A stretch of 64,000 bases of DNA, taken from assembly GCA_036172245.1 (NCBI GenBank), contig JAYWIR010000008.1, positions 1,860,001 through 1,924,000 of the forward strand, written 5' to 3'. A model generated the notes under the pieces. It worked only from the letters and a program-made list of their open reading frames with translations. It did not search any database and was not told the DNA's origin. The number at the start of each line of letters is the position of its first letter. Positions within the stretch are counted from its first letter, which is position 1. The position numbers and the translations under genes are program-made. This DNA comes from Raillietiella orientalis. Lineage: Eukaryota. Of the stretch, positions 51,701 through 63,229 are shown one piece after another.

Positions 51701-52112
51701 GCACTGCTGGCAGGGAGCTCCACCTACTCCGGCATCAGCTTCCTGAGGGAAGCAATGAGGGTGGTGCGAACTACCCAAAGACAGAGTCGAGTTGCCAAAT
51801 CCATTCCTCAGGATGTTGGGCATGCACAGAGACCATTGGTGACTCTGTCCTCACTCCTCTCCACGAAGATTTACACGTGCACTTTTTTTATTTCGTTTTA
51901 TATTTTGCTTCCCTCCCCACAGTTTTTTCCGGTCCAAGTTGCGGTGAGGTGAATTTATTTCCAACCTTCATTCATACAAGTGTTCTGTAACGTCACTGGT
52001 TTTCAGTTTTCACTTTCAGGGTCAGTCTTCGCGCATCCAGTCACTGTGACTGCGTGGAGAATTCACTCACTGGACTATGTTCCTGAATCCTTCGCAGGAT
52101 GTAACAGTACGT

Positions 52113-54620
52113 TCAAGTGGGAATACGTCCACAGCTTCTAATCCCAGTTTCCCTTTCCAATAATTCTTTGAGGATTTCCACAGCCGGCATATTGTTTATT
52201 CTGGTCCGCATTTTTGCCCTCCTCACCACGATGCCCATGATGAAGAGGGCGATGTTGATGCGGACCATTGGGTTGTATCGAGGAACGTTGCCGTTCCCTT
52301 CGAACATCCCTGCCAGGATCTTCATCTTGTCCATCCTCTGCAGGCCTGTCGCCTCCTTCAGCTTGTCCCAGTGCCGGCGCAGCGTCGGGCAGGTGAGCAC
52401 GTGGAGTTGGGTTTCCCTGGAGCCACAGGCCTTGCACATCTCGTTTTGCGCGTTCCCTGACCAGTGACTCGTCCTCATGCCGCTCAGGATGCTTCCGTGA
52501 TAAAACATCAGGAGCTCATCCTGAGTGTCGGGTGGCAAATCGCTCGTCCAGACCGTGGACTCGACCGCAACCAGGTTCACCTGGAGGCATCCGTAGCGAC
52601 TGGTGGCCGTGCACGAAGCGTCGTCCTCGTTTGGATTCTTCTTCACTACTCCTCGGATGTTTTTTCTGGCGCCTGATCGCCAGCAGTTGGATTCCTGATT
52701 TGTCCAGAGCTTTCGATACTTGTGGGTAAATTTCGCATCATCTTTCTCGTGAGGCGAAACAGTCGCATCTTTTTGCAGTCGCCGTCGGTTGCGAATGCTC
52801 GTAGTCCTTGATGGTCATCCTTGGCCTGTCGAACATCCACTTCCTGGTGTCCCAAGGGACGCGCAGGGAGCACGGAGTGATCTTCACCAGTTTGTCTCTC
52901 CGAATTTCCTTTACTATTTTGAGATGGTGGGTGTTCACCAGTGCCTGTTTATGTTTCCAAGTGGGATCGTTGTTTCCCCTCTGTCCTTGTTTGCCTGTTA
53001 GGGCAGACATGAGGCTTCTCGAATTGTTGCGCAACTGCGAGTGGGCTCTGTGAGCGGCATGTCACTCGCCCCATTTGCTGGCAAGATCCAGGATTTGTCG
53101 CACGTCTAGGAGATCCACGGATCGTTTCAGCGACTTCTTCCCGGTCCCACCTTTATCGCGCGGTGGGCATAAGAGTTTTAGCCCGACCCGCAGCTTGAAC
53201 TGTTTCCATAATATCCCCCGCTGCAGTTATTCCACGTCCCTGCTCGTTCGTTCGTCCAATGGGCAGAAGACCACTGCGAAGAGCACCTTGGGAAGGGGGG
53301 TTCCGTTCCACAGGTTTGCCCTCTGCTTCAGGCAAAAGTCAAATAGGGCGTATTTTGCAGCCTCTCCTCTCGTTTTCTCCAGGATTTCTTTTCACACCTG
53401 TTTCCAAGACATCGCCGATGTGGATTCCCAGGTACTTCATCTCGTCCATCACTCGGAATCCTGTCTTCGTTAACGAGGAGAGGTTCAAGTCCAAGCGTTC
53501 TGATGGATAATAGCTGGGATTTCTGGGCATCGATCTTCAAGCTCAGGGCTCTCTCCATGCACTGGATGACACCGAGGAACGCATGCTGAACCCTCTCATC
53601 CTTCAGGAGGAAGAGCAGATCGTCCGCATATGCCCAGTGCATCAGTCTGTCATCGTCATGTCGTATTCCTTGGAGACGACCGCCACAGTGGATCCGTAAC
53701 GAAACCGCCTCCATGTACACCACGAACAGCATCGGACTAAGGGCGTCTCCTTGAAGGATTCCCCTTTTCATCCGGATGACTTCCGTGTCTTGCCCGTTGA
53801 TGGTTATCTTGCAGTACTGTCCTTCGAAATTCTTCTCCACGTAGTCGCCGAAGTATTCCGGGTAGCCAGTTCCCTCAAAATCTACCGCAGCATCCCATGG
53901 TCCAAGGTATCGAACGCCTTTTCCATATTTGTGCATCCCAGCACCAGGTTGTCGCCTGCAACCACTGGTGGCCTGGGCACACTTCACGTTGTCAGACATG
54001 CTGCGTCCGGGCAGCGCGGCAGTCTGCATTAGAGAGATGACGGATGGGAGCGTCTTGCTTAAGCGGTTGGCCCACATCTTGGCCAACCACTTTAGGTCCG
54101 TGTTCAAGATGGAGATGGGCCACCATTGAGTGACCTTGGCCAGGTCTCCTTCCTTTGGCAGCAGCCTCATTCTGCTCTCTTGGAGCCTCCGTTCTTCTTG
54201 GATGCGGAGCGTCAGTTCGCGAAACAACCGCAGGTAGGCGTGCAGGTACCACTGAAAGTGCGAGATGGGCACTCAATCAGGGCCTGCTGCCACATCCTTG
54301 CGGAGTCCCTCGAATGTCTGCTTCACTTCCATGGAGATTTCGTCTTTAGGCTTTCCTGCTGTTGCCTTGTGAGTCTCTTCTGCAAATATCGTAGAAAAAC
54401 ATCCTGCTCGCTTGACAGTTCTCGACGTCAAAAGTGAGAAGTGTAATGCTGGTGAAATACCTCCGCTATTTCTTCTTTCCGTCTGTCGCAATTGGTCTAT
54501 GTGCTGGATGCAGAAGATATCCGTCGCCAGATTCTTATTTTTCTGCATGCCTACTTCTCCTTTTACGTTACGTTTTCACGTTCTCCCTTCCCACAGTTCG
54601 TCATGCGGTTCCACCTAGTT
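52113..54620 (-). mobile_element. Non-LTR retrotransposon (L1/Tx1-like LINE, family C) ORF2 remnant: reverse transcriptase + C-terminal CCHC zinc knuckle
   Basis: EISMEVKQ..AAGPD; LLPKEGDL..WWPISILNTDLKWLAK..NRL..Q.A..PGRS..DN; RGILQGDALSPMLF; AYADDL; KIDAQKSQ; MKYLGI; CKACGSRETQLHVLTC. Several frameshifts and stops; endonuclease domain not seen (5'-truncated). Confidence 0.92.
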
Positions 54621-54679
54621 TCACCTGGCTGGCGGCTTGTGAAAATAAATCGTCCTTCTTCCCTGGGGGTCGCCTCCTC

Positions 54680-54935
54680 TCTGAAGTGTTCAGAAGAGCT
54701 CTGGTCCCTTCGGGGAGCGGCTCTTTAGAGAAAATTTGGAAGTGTCCCTTCAGAATCCTCTTTAGAGGAGGAAACCAGGAGTGGTCCCCTCATAGGGATC
54801 CCTCCGGAGAGAATAAGGAAAAGGTCCCCTAGGGGTCATCTACCAAGCGTGAGAGAAATGGAATCCTATCCGGAGTCTTCGTGGATTCATAGGGTAATCA
54901 ATGCCCTCTACCCCTATAACCTGAAGAGCTACGTG
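54680..54935 (+). mobile_element. SINE-like element tail fragment (39-bp repeats + tail)
   Basis: gagaataagga..ccaagcgtga.agaaa.gga.tcct..tagggt..ccct..tgaagag matches 6633-6760. Confidence 0.65.
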
Positions 54936-54999
54936 CACCGGTGCTAAAGAAGCGTCCTCCCCCATTGCTAAATGGCATGCGGCTATGGAGGAGTTGCAT

Positions 55000-57350
55000 G
55001 TCTTCTTTTTTGGGGGGGACTTGTTGGAACGGCGGGTTCCATGCTCTGGTGTGAGTTAACTGGACTGCTTTTCTTTAGTAAACACCCCAGGCGCAACCAG
55101 GTGTCAACATCAGGTGAGGACTGTCCCATGGCCGAGCTTCATCTGCTCTTTTCCTCAGAAGCGACACCGCTGATGCAGAAGCCGGAACTAGAGACAGCCG
55201 AGAGACAGCCCTCGTCTTCCCCAGATCAGTCGCGCTTCTGCTCCTGCCAGGTTGCGTTCATTGCGCACGTATTTCGCTCTTCCAGTTCCCCTGAGCTGGC
55301 TTTCGGGAAGATGCTTCCAGCAGATTTGCCCTCTGTGCATGCGGCACTTTGTATCCGTTAAGGGTCCGATTTGACCGGGAGAGTTTTCCCCACCGGCCCA
55401 TTGGGAAAAAGAGAAATCCTCCAACTCACCGTGCGACGAAGAACACGAACTTCTAGCGGTGCTGCCATACTGGTTGACACCCGGTCACTCCAGGGCATTT
55501 ATTTATAAAATAAACGAACACGTTTGTGGCAGGACGTTTGATCCTGACACGTTACTTATGAATACGAGAAAGAACGTGCCGGGATCTGGCACGCAAGCCA
55601 GCAGGGTGCGCCTCGGCAGCATAAGGAAAGGGAAGACAAACAAAACGAAAAAAAAACAAAACAAAAAACCGCAGTCAAAAAAGATAAGGGGAGGGGGGGG
55701 GGTCGGAAAGGACTCACTGTGTGTTGGAGGGAGTCCCCTGCATCCTTGTAAGGATACCGGCAAGTTCCCGTTTCAAGCCTTCCAGATGGGGCCATCTTGA
55801 CTCTGTCCTCATGAAGAGGACAGCAGAATAGATGGCCTCCTTTTCGTCCTGGCGCTGCTCCGTGCAGCCACGGTCCCGCCGCCTGGGCAGCACAGTGCTG
55901 CTGGGGATGCGGCCTGCGTGAGGGCGTCGCGCAGGAAGAGGCGCTTTCGAACGTATCTGGAGTTGCCACCGGAGGTTCCAAGGGTCGTGACTAAGCGTCC
56001 CCAAAGGGACCGGAGGGCAACACAGTCTACCAGGATGTGCGGGAAGGATTTCCGCTCCCCGCACCCTGCACAGTTTGGGTTCATCCCCCCCCCCCCCGTA
56101 TCCACAGTTGCCGGCGGTGCCACCGTGCTGGTGAATTTCGGGAGTCAACCGCCCACCTCAAATGCTCGAAAGCTCAACCTCTGAGCAGTTGCTGAACCAA
56201 GCAAAAAGAACCGCACCAGAAATTTCTGCGCTTACGGATCTGTTCGGAACTTCCTTAAGGAATAGAAAATGTCCTGCAACAAGCACCGTGTCCCTGGAAA
56301 TTACAGCACCGAGCCGTCAGCTAGCAACTCCCTGAATGCGTTATGCTGCAACTTTACGGTGGCTCTGAGGGCTTTTGTAAGAACTTTGCCGCTCAGTCTT
56401 ATAAATCTTATCACTTCTCTCCGCGAACCGTCAAAGTTTGCTTTGATTAATGAAGTGGGTACGCAACTCCCAAATGGAGAAACTTGGTTCCCGATGCCTC
56501 CCAAAAGCACGGTGGGCTTATCACAACGAAACTGTACTCTGATGCGGAAATCATTTTCGCGGGGACTTTGCGGTGCATGTCGCTAGCGAGGGAGACGAAG
56601 CTGCCCCATTTTTCCTGCTTTTACCATCCCCATCATTCGTGATGTTCATGAAGCGCTCCAAGCGTTCCTCCTTTCGGGGAGAGAATTTGCAATGCCAAAG
56701 ATTGCAGCTGAAACATCACTGCGCATGCGCTGACATGCACTTCCACCTAAGTTGGATTCTATTGAATTTGGTCACTAGCCTCTCCCCCCACTCCCCCACC
56801 AGCAGGATTACCTACGCTTTCCGGGTCACAAATTCATCCGTACCGCACTCTTAATCCCTGGTTTATCCGAGAGAAAGCGGGGAAACAGATGGGGATCGGT
56901 CTGGCTGTCGGTGTCTTGCTTGAGGCGGGGCGCTGCTGCGCATCTGAAGTCATCGCGTGCAGCACTCCCGACTGCATACCGGGAGGCACAGCGCCTCAAT
57001 CAACTAAATCAAGAAGGCAACTCACGGACGATGGGCGATCCTGGAGAGCAGTTAAGGGACATGCAGTGTGTTGTCGTCGGTGTGATCCCAACTCTCCCTA
57101 AAAAAAAAGGAAGTCGCTTCACAGCACCGGAGGCGTTCTGTCCATTCGAAAGAACCACGGCAGCATTCAAGAAGGAGAACAAGATGAAGGAAGTATTCCT
57201 GGAGATGTTCACTTTCTATTTCGTTCACAGGAGGAACCCAAACATCAGTCCGTACGGTTGCCTCAGGAGCCTGGAGCTACTCGGGATTCCTGCATGGTAG
57301 TACATTAGGAGGTCATCCTAAGTATCCGGCGGTAGGTCACCCCATATTGC
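55000..57350 (+). pseudogene. Dicer-like pseudogene copy K (helicase part; LINE at 55475-56113)
   Basis: VALRAFVRTLPLSLINLI (~56359-56412; cf. VALNVLKNGYLSLSDINLL); PKSTVGLS (~56500-56523; cf. PRILGLT); MKEVFLEMF (~57184-57210). Confidence 0.45.
55475..56113 (-). mobile_element. LINE family A, 5'-truncated, with ~19-bp TSD
   Basis: TSD gcggtgctgccatactggt (55456-55474) / gcggtgccaccgtgctggt (56114-56132), 4 transitions; CCHC knuckle CAGCGERKSFPHILVDC; AATAAA + hairpin + tgtca end. Confidence 0.85.
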
Positions 57351-60300
57351 TGTGCCAACCTCTAGAAGGTTCACTTCTGGATCCCGTAGCAATAGGCTGC
57401 CTTGTCCAGTGTGTCGTCTTCCTTGGTTTTCTTCTTGATTTCCTCGCGGATGGTAGCTCTGGCGATCAGGGACCACGCATACTTCAAAAGTTTCCCTTTA
57501 GTGAGCGCAGCATCTCAGAGGAACAACAACGCAGAGCTGAATCTTGACTTGATTCTTCCATGATCTCAACTATTCTCTCTGGTAGCCATGACTACAAGCA
57601 AAGGTTGTCATAGCCTTGTAGCATTGTTTTCGAAATGGAGACTGAACAAAGCTTAGCTAAGCAGGTGCTTTAATGTGCATGTGTACTCCACATGCATGAG
57701 CGTCCGTATCTGTCATTTTCTTTGAGATTGCCACGAAAATTTCCCCCGCACTTCCTCTGCTGTATCTTCAAGCGATGAAGAGCTTGACGAAAATCGATGA
57801 GATTTCTGCCTGTACAGGAGCATGAAAAAAAATCTTTTCCTCGAACTATTTTTCACTGGAGACTTTGGATACTTTTTCCCTCCATAGTTTCACGGAATTG
57901 CTTAAATTTTAAAAAGACAGGATCCGTGGATTCCGTTGTTGCCCCGGTGTTATTTCCTCTCTTCCCTTTGCTTTCCTTCTGCACCTTGCCTTGATGAAAG
58001 AAGGAGTTTCTCTGTTAGACAGAGCGCTAGTTGATTGACACTCTCCCGTCGGTCATTGCTCTCTCATGCTTCTTGATCCACTTTTTCTTCCATGTGAGTG
58101 GAAGTCTACGTTTTTCTTAATTCCTCATTAGGAGCAAAGACTGCATCCATCATCCTTGCCTTGTTTTTTCACAAGGACGGCTTGTTTTGCATGTACTGAG
58201 CGAATACAGCATCGGCAGCGTGTTCGCTGGTTGGGGGTATCGCACTGCAACATGCTCAGCATCCACTTCTTTGTTCTGATCATCGTTGCCATTCATTGAT
58301 GCTCCACAACCAGAAGTGATGATGGAAACTGCAGGCGGCACCTGGCACTTTGTATATCCTTTTATACTTCCCTGTTTGCCAGCAGAAGCTCCGTGTATTA
58401 GAAAATGATACAAGGAAATTTTTCTGAAATAAAGGAAAAAACCCTCTGCCCAATAACTTGTGTGTCCTTGCTAAAATCCAATCCTGCTGGGTCGTGATTG
58501 CCTGGGCAATCAGGGTTGCCATTATTTGGGTGATACTTTGTCGACGGTTCTCTGCTCTCCTCTCAGGTGTACATCATCTTTCGGTTAATCATACATAATA
58601 CATTCAATCTTTCGCACTACACACGCTACTGAGGTCATTCAGTCACGGGAGCTTCCATCATCACTTTCGGTTATAAAGCACTCAGCAAGTTGAGTAAGCG
58701 GATTCCTGGTTTTGCGCAGCACCGTAAGAGCACTAAGCATTTCTGTGTTGCTTAGCAGCTATCGTGAACTGCTTAAACAGTTTAATGTGAAACCAGGTGC
58801 CCTACATTCTTAACATTGCCGTACATTGGCTGCCGATGCCCATCATCTAGGGCTGTTCTGTTCCTGCTCCATCAACTGTGGCGGTTTTTCTGTGGACAGG
58901 TAATTCAGTGTTCGCAACAGAGGTATGTGATGATAGATGATAGGACAAAGATGAGATCCGCAAGAAGAACAGTACAACGTCTCAGAGTTGATGATGTTCA
59001 GCAGAGGTATTTACGTTTTGTCTGCAAAATACAAATTACCAGCTATTGATAGAAGTAGGAGATGCTTTTTGGAATTCAGCCGATAATGCACTTTCGTCTT
59101 CACGGAGACCTGTTAAAGTCTGGCTTCTCCTGAAGTTGCCTTCCAAGTACAATTTTTTGTACCAGAAATTTTTAGTGATACCACAGCAGCCCATTTTCCA
59201 GAACAAACCGCTGCTTTCGCAAAGATGGGTGAGCTTCTGTTTGCAGCCCTTTTGGTTCCAGCTTTTGGAAAGCATCTCTTTTAGGTGCCATTGGGGAAGA
59301 GTGCATGTTTCTGTGGAACCTCTTCCTCATCAACCAATTGAGAAGACAGGTTCCTCATTTCCTCTGAGATGCTATACTAATCATAAAAATCATTTCCAAG
59401 TGTATTAAGCTCACAAATGAGATCGTGCTTCTCATGCACTGGTTAGCAGGTTGGTAATTTCTTCTGTAAGCGGTCGGACTTCAAGTCGCGCAGACGTCCG
59501 ATTTGTCTTTGTCAAAACAAAGCTCCATGTATTGGAAAATGATTTACGGAGATTCTTCTGAAATAAAAGAAGCCATTTGTCCTATTACTCTTGTGTGGGT
59601 GTTTGCTAAAAATCTAATCCCGCTGGATCGTAATTGTCTGGAGCCTCATGCATTTACGAGCTCGGTGCCGGCTCTAGTTTTTCATGGCCCATTCCTCTCC
59701 TCAGTTGACCTTTTTGTTTCAGCAGTTCTTTCTGAAATAAAGATGCTCGATAGTTGTCCCGTTCATGTGAAAGTTTCGTCTCCATAATTTCCAAAATCTC
59801 GTCACGCCCGAGATGTCTGCTCCCCCGCATACTCCACTGCCTTCCATCTTTTCGGCTCCTTGATCAGAAGACCGGCCCTATCCCTGCTTTTTTAGAAAAA
59901 CGTTTCAAGTCGATCAGAGCAAAGCAAGGACAGAGAGAAAATGCAACCTGCGACTCGGTCTGCAGTTCCTGTCCTGCATCTTCTCGTGCCAACGGCCAAG
60001 CGCTCCCAATGGTAGCATTGCGAGATGGTCACGGCCGAGCAACACAAAGGGAGCCCTTCGCCAGTACTGGGTCGGAAGGGAGTATTGCTTTGATCTCCCC
60101 TATTAAGGAGCTCAGTAAACAGGAGCTCGGCACATAAAATTCGCCGCCTGGTCCCTGGAGCCGGGTTCATCGGAAAGTAAATTGCGCGTCCTATCACGGA
60201 GACGTGCGTGCGGACTGACGTCCTCAGAAGCGATTCCACCAACTCGGTGGAGAGAACTAGGACAGCCTTAAGAACCAGGCGTCTCTTAATAAGTCGCTTT

Positions 60301-61250
60301 CTTGCTTGCTAGGACTCCAGAAATGTCGACCGTTCCATGTTTATCACTTTTGCTCCTTTTCAAGAGTTGGCTCATCCATTCCCTGAGAATGAGGAATCTC
60401 CTGCTCCTTCATCGCATGATGGGGTTAGGATGCCGAACCTCTGCTGGTGGTTTTGATTGATTTTGCGTGAGCAGCCTCTGTGGCTTCCCTCTGATCCCGA
60501 ATGGGATTGCTCACCAGCTTCGCATCACAGCTCTCTTCATTTTACGCTGACTGAATGCCGCCATCGACCCCGCTGGTAATGATGTTAGTCTTCCAGGAAG
60601 AACGAGCGTGTTGAGATCAATTTCTCACCATGGATACTCTGCGTGGATACCAAAAGCTTGGTAATGCCTTAGTCTCCCAGCATCCACTTTGCTTTACTCT
60701 CTATATGAAAACGAATCTTTGATTTTCATGATAATGGAACCGAGGAACTGGGATGAGATCGCATGGGATATTCCAATGAGTGGATGCTATCGCAGCAACA
60801 CCAGTTTGAGAAGAGTGATATTGAAGTGGAATGAAAAAGGTCTCTATGACGTCATTGTGATATTCAATCTTTATACCGGTAAATGCATTTTTCACAACAG
60901 CAGGGAGTGCGCTTTGTTAGTGCAGTTGCTTGAGTTTCAGTATCGACGAGGTTGCCATCGGAGAGGTTCATCACTGGATGTGGAGGGGCTTGAGCTTTCT
61001 GTTTCCTCTTCTGCTTATTATGTGCATCTTTCAGATACCCACTTAGCAAAGTTGCCAGCCTCACATCCAGAAGTCAAATGACACGTAAGTCTGAGTAGCA
61101 GTGATTGGCAGATTTGTTCTTTCAGGAGCCATTTCTGACAGTTGTATATTTCGTTCTTTGAGGGGACACCCTGGTGGTTATTCCACAGAAACTGGAAGAT
61201 CTGAAACCTTTTTTTTTTCATTTGGGTTTTCTTTTTTTTTTTGGTTCGCC
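57350..61250 (-). pseudogene. Dicer-like pseudogene copy L (RNase III region, internally duplicated)
   Basis: LIAQAITT..KLLGRGFF / YHFLIHGASAGK (~58370-58515; cf. LILQALT..EMLGDSFL..YLF..EG) with a second diverged copy at ~59515-59645; HLLS*ALFS/GYDNL (~57600-57668); ALPSFWY (~60648-60668). Confidence 0.45.
58372..59645. repeat. Diverged direct repeat, ~140 bp core, period ~1.13 kb (58372-58510 and 59515-59645)
   Basis: agctccgtgtattagaaaatgatac..ttctgaaataaa..tgtgt..tgctaaaatccaatcctgctgggtcgtgattgcctg vs agctccatgtattggaaaatgattt..ttctgaaataaa..tgtgt..tgctaaaaatctaatcccgctggatcgtaattgtctg. Confidence 0.85.
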
Positions 61251-61319
61251 AAGTATCTCAAGAACCATCGTGCGCCTGATGCTCTTTAACACTCTTCCAA
61301 GTCAGCCGAAAGTGCGCCT

Positions 61320-61990
61320 TAACTCTTCAAGATAAGGGGTACCCCGGGAGGAGTCCTCCTTATGAATTCAGGAAGGGTTTGGGGTCCGTTTCTCTCATGC
61401 CTGGAAGGGATCTCCCAAGGGAATCCTCCACCCTGGTTGTCTCCAAAGGAAACCTCGAAGGGAAACCTCTTCCTTAATCTCTCCATAGGGACCACCAGGA
61501 GGGAGCCACTCCTCATTTCTTCTCGGAAGGAAATTCGGAAAGGATCTGCTATTGGAATTTCTTCTTCCGAGGGAACTTGCCAGGGAACATCTTTTTGTTT
61601 TCTCCTTTAAAGAGAACCCTGAAGGTAGTTCTCCCGCACTTCACACTCTGAAGAGGTATTAATCCAGCAGCTCCATGGTACGCGATGGAGAGTTCCCCCA
61701 GTGGCTCCATTTTCACAACCGAAGGGGAACCCTGAAGGAAACCGGCGCTCCTTGATTCAGTTTCCTGGAAGGACCCCGGAGAGGTCGACTCCTAATCCCG
61801 GCCACTCATGGGGGGCATCGGGTTTTATCCGCTCCCAGCACCGCACTCGAATGCAGGCCCACCAGAGTCATCTTGCAGGAGGAACGCGAACCCACGACGC
61901 ACCTCAATCTCTCAGCGTCGATTCTTTCCGTGTTCGAACCTGCGACGCTTAGTGCCAAGCGCCTGTACCAGAGTCACATGACCACCGATG
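61320..61990 (-). mobile_element. tRNA-derived SINE-like element, near complete
   Basis: Reverse-strand B-box (gtgttcgaacc at 61930-61940); head, body, 39-bp repeats and tail colinear with 4245-5000 and reverse-similar to 6150-6790. Confidence 0.75.
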
Positions 61991-63229
61991 CGTCACCATC
62001 ATCTTTCAAGCTTCTCGAGACCCCCAGCCCTCCCACCACGCAGCCTCCTGGGAACGATGAGGCTTTCATCTCGGCGGTCAGAGAAGAGTTCCCGCTGCAG
62101 AAGGAAACGTCCTCTTCCCATGCGACGTCAGTGCCGAACCTCGAGAAGGAACTGCACACTGTGGTCCCTTCAACAGCAGCAGTGGGTTGCAAAGCAGACT
62201 GCTATAAGGCAGTAAGGATGCAGAAAACCGAAACTGAGAATCGTCTTGTAGACGAAGATGCCATCAGGAAGGCGGCGATTAAGGACACGGCATGAGCGTC
62301 TTTGTTTTTTCATGCTTAGCGTGTTCACACATCGAGATGGTGTCGGAGTGAACACTAAAGTTCCTCTAGCCTGGCTCCAGTCTTTTTAAAAAAAAAATTA
62401 AAAGCACTGGGCACCGTTTTCTGATCTTCGATCAGCCACCCCTACCCGCTGTACCCTATTTTATTTATACACTTGTTTGTTACTAAGTGAAGAATCCTCG
62501 CACTGTTTCATGGAGCCGTCCATCTGCGAGAGACGTACGGAACGCATCGTGGAACGCATCTCTTAGCTCCCAGGCAATCCCGTCAGGATCTCCACGGAGC
62601 CAGCTGCTGGTGTGCGCATCAGTAGCGACGACTGCCGGACCAGCGATTCCACTCGCTACGAGGAGCCCACGGCTGCAGCTAGCTACTCTTCCTGTCTGCG
62701 TCTTCACCTCCTGCGGCTCCGCCGCCAGCCATCTCGGCTTCCGGGTCCCCGACAGGTGATCTTCCTTGTGGCCCCTGTACTTGCAGTGCCTCCTGGTCAT
62801 CTAGCGCCTAGGCAACTGCCCTGAGCAGTCCGGGGAGCGCCGCAGGATGGATCACTATGCCGTGGGCTGCCTTATGACCAGACCTGCTTGGGCTCCGCCG
62901 TTAGCGACAAACCTACCGTCGGTCCTTCTCTTCTCTTGCCGTTGCGGCGGCCGGCTCCTTCTTGGGCCAGCAGGAAAAACGAGGTGGTTTCTGGTTCATC
63001 TAGCTTAGGGCAGATCCGTGCCGCAGACGACGACCTGGTGACCACCGCAGCCACCTGAGCCGCCACCAGTCTCTTTGTACCTGACCTCTGTCTCCTCCTC
63101 CCCCGATGCGACTAGGGCAACGCAACACCGCTTCAAGGAAAGAACTAAGAAAAGAAAACCACCGCGTATTAGCAGCCCACTGTAGTAGAGGCTGCCATTT
63201 TTCCTTTCACAAAAAAAAAAAAAACTGAA

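Noticed and set aside
60689..61081. 130-aa plus-strand ORF with protein-like composition
   Set aside because: No motif I can recognise, TTG start, and it overlaps the region assigned weakly to minus-strand copy L; left unassigned.
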